A stretch of 64,000 nt of DNA from Vicinamibacterales bacterium (GCA_050249955.1 JBFWPN010000005.1:331739-395738), one strand, 5' to 3'; positions 35,693-44,124 are shown, counted from the first letter of the stretch. Notes: generated by a model from the sequence alone, not told the origin. Translations and numbers: made by a program.

Positions 35693-36084
35693 GGTGTCAC
35701 CTTGAGAAGGGTCCGGGCCAGCGAGACGAGGTCGTCCAGCCAGAGCGGCTTGAACTTGAGTTCGGCACCGAGGGCCTGCAGTTCACCTGAGACCTGCTCG
35801 TCCAGAAAGTAGTCGCCGGTGACGATGGCCACCGGTGTGTGGTCGAGCCCCCTGGTGGCGCGGAGCTGCCGGAGGAAACCAAGACCGTCGACCAGGGGCA
35901 TCCGGAGGTCCAGGATGATGGCGTCCGGACGGTGTTCCAGGGCCTCTGCCAACCCGGCCCGTGCGTCCACGGCCGTCCTGACGGTAAACCCTTCCATCCT
36001 CAGCATCCGGGCAAAGGTCTGAGTAACCGCCTCGTCATCGTCCACAATCAGGATGGACGCGGGGGCGTTCCCGGGGAGCGACAT
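35689..36084 (-). CDS. Single-domain CheY-like response regulator receiver
   Basis: 131 aa. ILIVDDDEAV...DAIILDLRMPLVDG...PVAIVTGD...KP, receiver domain only. Confidence 0.85.
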   Translation of the reverse strand: MSLPGNAPASILIVDDDEAVTQTFARMLRMEGFTVRTAVDARAGLAEALEHRPDAIILDLRMPLVDGLGFLRQLRATRGLDHTPVAIVTGDYFLDEQVSGELQALGAELKFKPLWLDDLVSLARTLLKVTP

Positions 36085-36137
36085 TGGCGGTCATTGTAAC
36101 CGACGACATGGCGGACATTGCGAAGCCAGCCCAAGAG

Positions 36138-36166
36138 CTTGACAACTCCGTGTTACACTTCGGAGT
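36138..36166 (+). promoter_or_regulatory. TTGACA hexamer (36138-36143) overlapping a 7-bp inverted repeat AACTCCG-N10-CGGAGTT (36143-36166) upstream of gene 36204
   Basis: Read directly. I found no clean -10 at canonical spacing, so promoter status is uncertain. Confidence 0.25.
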
Positions 36167-36203
36167 TTCCTACCGTCAGTATCCAAATCCTTGGAGGCGC
36201 TAG

Positions 36204-36881
36204 GTGAGCCCGATTCTGGTGCGGCCTGTCCGCGAACAACTCGAGCACGACCGCATTATCCGAATGCTGCACGGCAAGAGCCGGCGCAAGTACGACGCCG
36301 GCATGAACCCTGGTGCCGAGCAGAATGCTCCAGTTGGTTCCGGTCCAGCGACGCTGTACCCCGACGTTGTCCTCCATTCAGCCGAGCGGGGGCGACGGCT
36401 GGAGGTGGTCATCGAGGTCGAGACCGGGGAGTCGGTCAACCACCTGGAGGCGCTGGCGCAGTGGACCCACCTGTCGAAGCTGCGGGCGGCATTTCACCTT
36501 TACGTGCCGTCGCACATGGTCGACGTGGCGCGCCGCCTCTGCGAGGACAACCACATCGTCGTCCACGAGGTCTGGGCCTATCACGGCATCGGCGATGACA
36601 TCCGCTTTGCCCTGATCCACAAGTCCAAGGAAGTGCCGGTGCTGGGGCCGCCTACGCGGCGGGCCGATGAGCCTCCGGCGAAGGTGGCGAAGAAGAAGGT
36701 GGCTGCGACCGCACCCGCACGCCGCCCTGCGGCGGTGAAAAAGAAGGCGGCGCCCGCGCCGAAGCGGGCGGTGGCCAAGAAGCGTCCGACCGCCCCTGCC
36801 AAGAAGAAGACGGCTCCGCCCCGGCGCAAGGCCGCACCGGTGAAGAAGAAGGCTGCCGCCAGGCCCACGAAGCGTAAGTAG
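36204..36881 (+). CDS. Hypothetical protein: PD-(D/E)xK (Uma2/restriction-endonuclease-like) core with a histone-H1/AlgP-like Lys/Ala/Pro-rich C-terminal tail
   Basis: GGAGG lies 6 nt upstream of GTG 36204. LYPDVVLHS...RLEVVIEVETGES resembles the PD...EVxS/T nuclease-fold motif. The last ~68 aa are AKKK/KKKAAP/PAKKK repeats. Confidence 0.6.
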   Translation: MSPILVRPVREQLEHDRIIRMLHGKSRRKYDAGMNPGAEQNAPVGSGPATLYPDVVLHSAERGRRLEVVIEVETGESVNHLEALAQWTHLSKLRAAFHLYVPSHMVDVARRLCEDNHIVVHEVWAYHGIGDDIRFALIHKSKEVPVLGPPTRRADEPPAKVAKKKVAATAPARRPAAVKKKAAPAPKRAVAKKRPTAPAKKKTAPPRRKAAPVKKKAAARPTKRK

Positions 36882-36883
36882 GC

Positions 36884-37525
36884 GTGCCAGCGGTCCGCTT
36901 TTCCCGCGACAAGCGGGGTTACGAATACGTCTACCTGGTGCACACGCCCATGCGGCGGGGCAAGCCCGGCCGCACGCGGGTGCTGTACTGGTATCGCACT
37001 CCTCCAGGGATCCGCATCGGACGGTCGCCGTTCGATGCAGATGTTCAGAAGCTCCTCGAACAGCAGCACCCCGGCGTCACCTTCGACTGGGACACCATCA
37101 TCAACACGCCGATGCCACCTCCGGACATGACGGAGTACTGGCGCGAGCGGCGGCGGGCGGAGAAGGCGGCCAAGCAGGAACGGCGGGCGATGGAGGCCGA
37201 AGAGGCAGCCGAAGCCGCCCGGGCCGCGGTCGCTGCGGCGTCGGGGCCCACGCCCGTGTCGGAGCCGGTCGGGCTGGACGACCCGGCCGATCCCGGCGAG
37301 GCGGCCGAAGCGGAACCGGCGGATCTCGAGGCTGGGGAGGCAGGGGAGGGCGAGACCGCCTCCGCCGCCGGGGAGGGAGACCAGCAGGCCGGCGCCGGCC
37401 CCAGGAAGCGCCGGCGCCGACGGGGTGGCCGACGTCGGCGGACCGCAGAGAGCGGGCAGTCGAAGGAGTCCGGGGAAGACGCGAACCCATCCGAACCGCC
37501 CGATCCGGCGTCTGAAGGGGAGTAA
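36884..37525 (+). CDS. Hypothetical protein: ~85-aa globular N-domain, acidic Ala/Glu-rich disordered region and an Arg-run (RKRRRRRGGRRRR)
   Basis: GTG 36884 lies 2 nt after the previous stop. VPAVRFSRDKRGYEYVYLVHTPMRRGKPGRTRVLYWYRTPPGIRIGRSPF... No family recognised. GC3 is consistent with coding. Confidence 0.55.
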   Translation: MPAVRFSRDKRGYEYVYLVHTPMRRGKPGRTRVLYWYRTPPGIRIGRSPFDADVQKLLEQQHPGVTFDWDTIINTPMPPPDMTEYWRERRRAEKAAKQERRAMEAEEAAEAARAAVAAASGPTPVSEPVGLDDPADPGEAAEAEPADLEAGEAGEGETASAAGEGDQQAGAGPRKRRRRRGGRRRRTAESGQSKESGEDANPSEPPDPASEGE

Positions 37526-37559
37526 CCCCGCCATCAAGGCGTGGCATAATCCAACACCT

Positions 37560-38879
37560 ATGGCTCTGAAAAAGAATGGGTTCTGGCCCTCGGCCTTCGT
37601 GGTGCTCCTGGCCGCCGGCCTGTCCGCGCAGGCGCCATCCCGCCCGGCGTCGAATCAGGAACAGACACCGACCTTCAGAGTGCAGATTGATGCCGTCACG
37701 ATGGACGTCATCGTGAAGGACTCGCAGGGCCGCTTCGTGCCCGACCTGAAGAAGGACGAGTTCGAGATCTACGAAGATGGCGTGAAGCAGGACATCACGT
37801 CGATGACGCTCAGCCACGGCGGACGCGTCTCGAACCTGCTCGAGGCACCGCCACCGCCGCCGCCCGAGGGCATCATCCTGCCGCCCGTCCGCAAGGTGCA
37901 GGACACGTCTGGGCGCATCTTCCTCTTCTTCGTCGACGACCTCCACATGCAGTTCCAGAACACCGGGCGCGTGCGCGAGCTGTTCAAGAAGATCGGCCGG
38001 AACCTCATTCACGACGGCGACCTCTTCGGGATCGTCTCGAGCGGCCCCTCGTCAATCTCGATCGACATGACCTACGACCGGCGCCGGCTGGACGAGGCCA
38101 TCAACAAGATGACCGGCGGCGGGCTGAAGCCGAGCGAGATCATCAACCAGGGCAATGGCAGCAGCGGTCCGACCGAGCTGCGGTACCAGGCGCACGTGGC
38201 CTTCTCGACCATGTCGGAGGCGCTCGACAACCTCGAGAAGGTGACCAACCGCCGGAAGGCGCTGATCTGGGTGAGTGAAGGGTACGACTTCAACCCGTTC
38301 CAGGATTCGCGCCTGGGCCTTCGCTCCGCAGACTCGCCGTTCCTCCAGAACCAGTCGAACGTGATGATGAACAACGTCGACAACGGCGATGGCACCAGCA
38401 CCAACCGGCCGGATTCGATGGTGCGCCAGCAGCAGCAGAACGAGACGTTCAGCGACGCGGAACTGGCGTTCGAGCTGGGCGAGATCACCCGGTCGGCGAA
38501 CCGGGCGAATACCACCATCTACACCATCGACCCTCGCGGGCTGGTGGCCGGCTCGGACATCGACGAGCAGGTCGATCCGTCGGAGTGGGGTGCCTACGTG
38601 CGCAAGTCGCAGGACAGCCTGCGCGTGCTGGCCGAGGAGACGGGCGGCCTTGCCGTCGTCAACATGAACGACTTCGACAAGGCGCTGAAGAACATCGACG
38701 CCGCGAGCAGCGATTACTACGTCCTCGGCTACTACTCGAACAACCCGGATCCGACGCGTCGCCGTCGAAAGCTCGAGGTGAAGCTGACCCGCAAGGGGCT
38801 GGATGTGTACTCGCGCAAGGAGTACGTGCTGCGCGCGCCTAAGCCCTCCGCGCCGAGCGCGGCACCGAAACAGCCCTAG
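37560..38879 (+). CDS. Secreted VWA-domain protein (resembles the Acidobacterial VWFA-related family)
   Basis: ATG 37560. Signal peptide MALKKNGFWPSAFVVLLAAGLSAQA. FRVQIDAVTMDVIVKDSQGRFVPDLKKDEFEIYEDGVKQ, IFLFFVDDLH, TIYTIDPRGL and SDYYVLGYY match my recollection of that family. Confidence 0.75.
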   Translation: MALKKNGFWPSAFVVLLAAGLSAQAPSRPASNQEQTPTFRVQIDAVTMDVIVKDSQGRFVPDLKKDEFEIYEDGVKQDITSMTLSHGGRVSNLLEAPPPPPPEGIILPPVRKVQDTSGRIFLFFVDDLHMQFQNTGRVRELFKKIGRNLIHDGDLFGIVSSGPSSISIDMTYDRRRLDEAINKMTGGGLKPSEIINQGNGSSGPTELRYQAHVAFSTMSEALDNLEKVTNRRKALIWVSEGYDFNPFQDSRLGLRSADSPFLQNQSNVMMNNVDNGDGTSTNRPDSMVRQQQQNETFSDAELAFELGEITRSANRANTTIYTIDPRGLVAGSDIDEQVDPSEWGAYVRKSQDSLRVLAEETGGLAVVNMNDFDKALKNIDAASSDYYVLGYYSNNPDPTRRRRKLEVKLTRKGLDVYSRKEYVLRAPKPSAPSAAPKQP

Positions 38880-39810
38880 GCCGCGTCCGTTCGGCCTTCG
38901 CCATCCGCGCCACACCCCGGCCGGGCAGGGTGAGGGGAGCCGCTGCAGCTGCGGCGGCCGCCTCCATCCGTCCGGCTGCCTCGCTCAGGTAGAACTCATC
39001 GATGTCCGAGCCGATGAAGTTCACCCCCAGCCTCGCGCACGCCACCGCCGTGCTGCCCAGCCCCGTGAACGGATCCATCACCGTCTCGACGTTCGTGAGC
39101 CCGTGCAGGCGGATGCACTGTTCGGGCAGGCGGGCCGGGAACGTCGCCGGGTGCGGCCGGTCCTTGTCGCGCCGCTGGATCGTCTCGTAGGGAATGAACC
39201 ACGTGTTGCCGCGGCAGCGCACGCCCTCTGCACCCGCGCGCCAGCGGGCAATGTTCGACTGGTCCTGGTACGGCACGCCGAGGGCGAGCCGGTCGAGCCG
39301 CGTGGCGCCCTGGTGCGTGAAGTGGAAGATGAACTCGTGGCAATCGTTCAGGTAGCGCTCGCTGTTGATCGGCTTGTAATGGCCGACGGCGATGTCGCGG
39401 TCGATCCCTGAGGCCGCGCTGGTCAGCTCTCGGTCGATGGCGACCGACTTCACCCAGTGGATGATGTTCTGCAGCCGCAGGTGCGGGCGGGCGGCCTGCG
39501 CCACATCCAGGGCTGTCCACGGATCGGACGGCCGCGTGCCCACGTTGAGGAAGAGCGAACCTTCCGGCTTCAGGACGCGCGCCGCGCCTGCCACCCACGC
39601 CGACGTCCACTGCAGGTACTCGTCCTGATTGAGCGTGTCCTGGTAGGTGTTGTAGCGGATCCCCATGTTGTAGGGCGGCGACGTGACGATGACGTCGACG
39701 CTCGACGCGTCCATGGTGCTGAAGACGTCCAGGCAGTCTGCCAGGAAGAAGCGTCCCTCGGTGTTGCCCTTCGTACGTACGACTTTGTGTGGGTTCACGG
39801 TGATGCCCAT
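38839..39810 (-). CDS. Beta-class N4-cytosine/N6-adenine DNA methyltransferase (PF01555-like), apparently orphan
   Basis: Motif IV SPPY (VDVIVTSPPYN) is N-terminal and motif I (MDPFTGLGSTAVACARLG) C-terminal, which is the beta-class order. HPATFPARLPEQCIRL. The poly-Ala tail overlaps the convergent VWA gene end by 41 nt. Confidence 0.85.
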   Translation of the reverse strand: MGITVNPHKVVRTKGNTEGRFFLADCLDVFSTMDASSVDVIVTSPPYNMGIRYNTYQDTLNQDEYLQWTSAWVAGAARVLKPEGSLFLNVGTRPSDPWTALDVAQAARPHLRLQNIIHWVKSVAIDRELTSAASGIDRDIAVGHYKPINSERYLNDCHEFIFHFTHQGATRLDRLALGVPYQDQSNIARWRAGAEGVRCRGNTWFIPYETIQRRDKDRPHPATFPARLPEQCIRLHGLTNVETVMDPFTGLGSTAVACARLGVNFIGSDIDEFYLSEAAGRMEAAAAAAAAPLTLPGRGVARMAKAERTRPRAVSVPRSARRA

Positions 39811-39913
39811 CAGTTCGCTGAGGTTGTCCGGGTGTACGGCGGGATTGTACGTGAGGGGACGGGAAAGTACAAGAGGGCAGGCGGGCAGCCGGGCCGGGGG
39901 GAGCCCTGGACGG

Positions 39914-40114
39914 CTACGAGGCCTTGTTCAGGGCGACAGCGGCAGCCATGCGGTCGGTCGGGACGGTGTGGTTCCGCCGGTGACCGTGGCTCGCGCAACC
40001 CTTGCCCTTCTCTTCGACGTAGGTGACCTCGCGGCTGGTGGCCACCTCGCGGTAGCGGCCAACGACGCACCCGCAGGTCAGGGTGGTGAATCCGAGCAGT
40101 CGGACCAGGCTCAT
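39914..40114 (-). CDS. Small Cys/His-rich hypothetical protein (66 aa), putative zinc-binding
   Basis: MSLVRLLGFTTLTCGCVVGRYREVATSREVTYVEEKGKGCASHGHRRNHTV... Very strong third-position GC bias supports coding. CxC...C..H.H...H pattern. Confidence 0.6.
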   Translation of the reverse strand: MSLVRLLGFTTLTCGCVVGRYREVATSREVTYVEEKGKGCASHGHRRNHTVPTDRMAAAVALNKAS

Positions 40115-40352
40115 GACGACCTCGTGGAACTCGCGGGCTCCGTGCCCGCCCAGGGTGACCCGACGATGCGCCGGGCTCCTACCCGTGATCGGAGCAAGCC
40201 GCGTACCGCTGGGCTCGCCCGTGTCCTCCGCGTCGTCAGCGAGATTATCGACCGCGGACCGCTGTGTTTGAGTGTCAACACTTGGGAAAATCTTGGGAGG
40301 AGTCGCGAGCGATCCGACACCTTGGATTGATCACGCGCAATAATTTCGTGAC

Positions 40353-42086
40353 GTGCGTGCATCGTTCACAGCCACGCTGCAGGTGGCGCCGCTGGAGTGG
40401 CTGACGTTCCGTAATCCTGTGCTCGTCCTCCGCGCCGATGAGCCCCGCGCGGTGGGGCCGACCCTGGCGGATGTCGAGTCGCTGACCCGCGATCGGGGGC
40501 TTCATGCCGTCGGCTACGTCGCCTACGAAGCGGGGGCCGCGTTCGGCCTTCCGGTGGTGAGGCTGCCGGAGCGGCTGCCGCTCGTCTGTTTTGGGCTGTT
40601 CGCCGATGCGGACGTGGCCAGAACTGGACAACCGCCGGCCGACGGGGCCTATGAGATCGGAGCGCTGCAGCCCTCGGTCGATCGTGAGAGGTTCGGGCAG
40701 GCGTTCGAGCGGATCAAGGCTGCTCTGGCGGCAGGAGACAGCTACCAGGCGAACTACACCTTCAGGCTGCGCGGGGCATTCTCAGGCGATCCGGCGACGC
40801 TGTTCGCGGACCTGGTTGCGGCACAGCGTGGGGGCTACTCGGCCTACCTGGCATTCGACGACCTGGCGATCTGCTCGGCTTCGCCTGAACTCTTCTTCGA
40901 GTTGACCGGCCGCACCATCGTGACCCGCCCGATGAAGGGGACGGCCCGGCGCGGGCGGACCTTGGCCGAGGACCGGGCGAGCGCGGCGGCCCTGGCCGGC
41001 TCGCCGAAGGAGCGTGCCGAGAACGTGATGATCGTCGACATGATGCGGAACGACCTCGGTCGGGTGGCCGACACGGGGAGTGTCGACGTACCGGAATTGT
41101 TCTCGGTCGAACGCTTTCCGAACGTGTGGCAGATGACGTCGCTGGTGCGCGCCCGCACCGATGCTGCGCTCCGGGACATCTTTGCGGCGCTGCATCCCTC
41201 CGCCTCGGTCACCGGGGCGCCGAAGGTGCGGACGATGGCCTTGCTGGCCGACCTCGAAGATGAACCCCGAGGGGTGTACACGGGCGCAATCGGGTATGTG
41301 CCACCGAGTGGCCTCGCCCGGTTCAACGTGGCCATCCGGACGGCCGTGGTCGATCGCGGGCGAGGTTCGCTCACTTTCGGCGTCGGCAGCGGTGTCGTGT
41401 GGGACTCGAACGCGGACGATGAGTACGACGAGTGCCTACTCAAGGGGACGATTCTGACCCGCCCGACACCGCACTTCCAACTGCTCGAGACCATGCGGTG
41501 GACCGAGGGTGAGGGGTTCTGGCTCCTGGCACGTCACCTTCGGCGGCTGAGTGGATCCGCGGACTACTTCGATGTGCCCGTATCGATGGCCGCCATCGAT
41601 ACGGCGCTGGCCCAGGCGGTTGCCGGTGCGACGGGCACAATGCGCGTGCGTCTACTGGTGAGCCTGGCAGGCGAGGTCCGGGTGGAGACCTACCCGTACG
41701 CACCCTGGCGCGAACCGGTGCGTGTGCGGCTGTCACCGCGACCCGTGGACCCATCCGACCGGTTCCTCTGCCACAAGACGACGAACCGTCGCGTGTACGA
41801 CGAGGCGCGGGCGTCGGTGGCTGATGGCGATGATGTCCTGCTCTGGAACACGCGGGGCGAGGTGACGGAAGCGAGCCTTGCAAACGTGGTGATTGAAATC
41901 GACGGTGAGCGAGTGACTCCGCCCGTGTCCTGCGGGCTGCTGCCGGGTACGCACCGTGAGGCGTGGCTCGAGGAGGGCCGTGTCGTCGAGCGCGTGGTCC
42001 GGGTGGCCGACCTCGCGCGCGCCACAGGCGTGTGGCTGCTGAACGCCGTGCAGGGTGAGCGAGTGGCGGAGATATGTCCCGAGTGA
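40353..42086 (+). CDS. pabB: Bifunctional aminodeoxychorismate synthase component I (PabB) fused to an aminodeoxychorismate-lyase/class IV aminotransferase-like (PabC) domain
   Basis: SYQANYTFR, SPELFF, TRPMKGT, KERAENVMIVDMMRNDLGRV, SVTGAPK and GVYTGAIGY form the chorismate-binding core. The C-terminal ~190 aa carry HKTTNRRVYD...LLWNTRGEVTEASLANVV...LPGTHR, which is PabC/fold-type IV-like. Confidence 0.8.
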   Translation: MRASFTATLQVAPLEWLTFRNPVLVLRADEPRAVGPTLADVESLTRDRGLHAVGYVAYEAGAAFGLPVVRLPERLPLVCFGLFADADVARTGQPPADGAYEIGALQPSVDRERFGQAFERIKAALAAGDSYQANYTFRLRGAFSGDPATLFADLVAAQRGGYSAYLAFDDLAICSASPELFFELTGRTIVTRPMKGTARRGRTLAEDRASAAALAGSPKERAENVMIVDMMRNDLGRVADTGSVDVPELFSVERFPNVWQMTSLVRARTDAALRDIFAALHPSASVTGAPKVRTMALLADLEDEPRGVYTGAIGYVPPSGLARFNVAIRTAVVDRGRGSLTFGVGSGVVWDSNADDEYDECLLKGTILTRPTPHFQLLETMRWTEGEGFWLLARHLRRLSGSADYFDVPVSMAAIDTALAQAVAGATGTMRVRLLVSLAGEVRVETYPYAPWREPVRVRLSPRPVDPSDRFLCHKTTNRRVYDEARASVADGDDVLLWNTRGEVTEASLANVVIEIDGERVTPPVSCGLLPGTHREAWLEEGRVVERVVRVADLARATGVWLLNAVQGERVAEICPE

Positions 42087-43357
42087 TCGGCCGAGGTCCA
42101 GCGTCCGTGGTGGTGCCGGCCCTCGTGGCGGCCCTTCTCGTGTCCACCATCGCGCCCGTCCGGGCGCAGCGGGCCGAGGGGGTCGCGGCGCTGTTGCGGA
42201 CGGCTCCGGTGAGCCGGGCGGTGGAGGTGGCCAGGAGCATCGAACCGCAGACCCTGGATGATCAGGTGCGCTTTTGCGAAATCCCTGCGCCCCCCTTTGG
42301 CGAAGCCCAGCGGGGGGAGGCGCTCCGGCGGACGTTCGTGGCGCTCGGGCTACGCAACGTGCGGGTGGACCGGGTGGGGAACGTGCTGGGAGAGCGTCCC
42401 GGGCGCGCTCCGCGCCCGCGCCTCGTGGTCGCTGCGCACCTTGACACCGTGTTTCCGCGCGAGACGTCCGTGAAGGTGGTGCGCGAGGGGACCATGCTCA
42501 GGGGGGCGGGCATTGGCGACAACTGCCGCGGCCTCGCGGTGCTCGTGGCCATCGTGCGATCACTCAACACGGCGCAGGTGCGCACCGGCGGGCCGGTGAC
42601 CTTCGTGGCCAACGTGGGCGAGGAAGGGCTGGGCGACCTGCGCGGCGTGAAGGCGCTGTTCAGCGAGACGCTCAAGGGCCAGGTTGACCGGTTCGTCACC
42701 ATCGACAACGCCGGCATCCAGCTCAGTGCCGTGGGCGTGGGCAGCCGGCGATACCGCGTCAGCTTCCGCGGCGCCGGCGGGCACAGCTTCGCCGACTTCG
42801 GCCGGCCGAATCCCGCGAACGCCCTCGGGCGTGCCGTGGCCCGGATCGCGGAGTTCCGCGTACCGGCAAACCCGTTCACCACCTTCAACGTGGGGCGCAT
42901 CGGGGGAGGCACGTCGGTCAATGCGATCCCCGAAGAGGCCTGGATGGAGGTGGACCTGCGCTCCTCTGACCCGGCCACTCTCAAGGACCTCGACAGCCGG
43001 TTACTGCGCACCGTGGATGCGGCCATGGCCGAGGAGAACGCGCGCTGGGCCGCGGGGTCACGCATCACGGTGGAGAAGAAGCTCGTAGGTGACCGACCCG
43101 CCGGCAGCACACCGGCCTCGTCCCCGTTGGTGAGGACAGCCGAGGCAGTGGCGCGGGTGCTCGGGTTGTCGTCAATCCCGAGCGAGGCGTCGAGCGACGC
43201 CAACCTGCCCATGAGCCTGGGCGTTCCCGCGATTGCCATTGGTGGCGGGGGGCAGTCGTTCGGATCCCATTCCGAGCAGGAACGGTTCGAGACGACGAAC
43301 GCCTGGCAGGGCACCCAGAATGCGGTCCTGTTGACCGTTGCTCTCAGCCAGGACTGA
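42074..43357 (+). CDS. Secreted M20-family peptidase (peptidase T / tripeptidase-like)
   Basis: Signal peptide. LVVAAHLDTVFP, GAGIGDNCRGLA, VANVGEEGLGDLRG and a C-terminal HSEQERFE. Confidence 0.8.
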   Translation: MSRVIGRGPASVVVPALVAALLVSTIAPVRAQRAEGVAALLRTAPVSRAVEVARSIEPQTLDDQVRFCEIPAPPFGEAQRGEALRRTFVALGLRNVRVDRVGNVLGERPGRAPRPRLVVAAHLDTVFPRETSVKVVREGTMLRGAGIGDNCRGLAVLVAIVRSLNTAQVRTGGPVTFVANVGEEGLGDLRGVKALFSETLKGQVDRFVTIDNAGIQLSAVGVGSRRYRVSFRGAGGHSFADFGRPNPANALGRAVARIAEFRVPANPFTTFNVGRIGGGTSVNAIPEEAWMEVDLRSSDPATLKDLDSRLLRTVDAAMAEENARWAAGSRITVEKKLVGDRPAGSTPASSPLVRTAEAVARVLGLSSIPSEASSDANLPMSLGVPAIAIGGGGQSFGSHSEQERFETTNAWQGTQNAVLLTVALSQD

Positions 43358-43374
43358 CCCGGGGGCCGCCCTGA

Positions 43375-43914
43375 CTATGCGGGCGGTCGCTCGGCCTTGA
43401 GACGCGAGAAACGTTCGAGGTCGAGCGCACGCTGGCCGGCGGCTTGGCGGCGCGCACTCCAGACCCGCCCCGCAAAGAGGGCATGCACCACCGCAAGGAT
43501 GGCCCATTCGGTGGGCAGGGGCGCCGTGAAGACTGCGGGGATGAGGTTGAAGAGCGTCGCGAGCCAGAACACTGGCGAAAAGAGCGCGTCGATGCCGCCT
43601 CCGCCGTAGGTGCCACCGAATCGCATGGCGACCTCCTCCCAGCAGGCCGCCTCCGACTCGGACTCGTGGAAAACCTGAAGGTAGCGACCGACCCGCTCCA
43701 CACCCGTGTGGAGCGCGACGATCACCTCGAATGTGGCCACGAGCACGAGGAGCGACACGAAGATCTCCTCCGGGACCGCGCTGAGCGCACCAACTGCGGT
43801 GGCGACGGCGGCCCAGGCGGCGAAGCCGGCCACGGCGATCCAGTGCCTGGCGGTGCCGCGCTCCCGGATGGTGGCGCGCAGCGCACGATATTCTTCGAGT
43901 TCACGCGATGTCAT
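43375..43914 (-). CDS. Hypothetical integral membrane protein (about 4 TM segments)
   Basis: 179 aa with hydrophobic segments (HWIAVAGFAAWAAVATAVGAL, IFVSLLVLVATFEVIVAL, FSPVFWLATLFNLIPAVF, WAILAVVHALFAG). No family recognised. Confidence 0.55.
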   Translation of the reverse strand: MTSRELEEYRALRATIRERGTARHWIAVAGFAAWAAVATAVGALSAVPEEIFVSLLVLVATFEVIVALHTGVERVGRYLQVFHESESEAACWEEVAMRFGGTYGGGGIDALFSPVFWLATLFNLIPAVFTAPLPTEWAILAVVHALFAGRVWSARRQAAGQRALDLERFSRLKAERPPA

Positions 43915-44124
43915 ATGCGGGCATTCGGGCAGCAGGCCGATAACGCGAGAGACGAAGGATACGCCAATTTGGAGGACAGACGGTCAGGCAGGCGCCAGAT
44001 GAGGTGCGCGGGGACCACCCCGAGCCGTAAGTGTTTTTCGCCCGACGACGATAAACGTCTTGCGCTCTAGTAATTCCCTGCTATCATTGCCCTGCGTTTC
44101 CAGTCACTTACAGCCGCGGGTCGC

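Noticed and set aside
38839-40114. Complete restriction-modification or other defence system around the methyltransferase
   Set aside because: No endonuclease, helicase, ATPase or other defence-type ORF on either side. The neighbours are a VWA protein and pabB, so it is reported only as an orphan methyltransferase with a small partner ORF.
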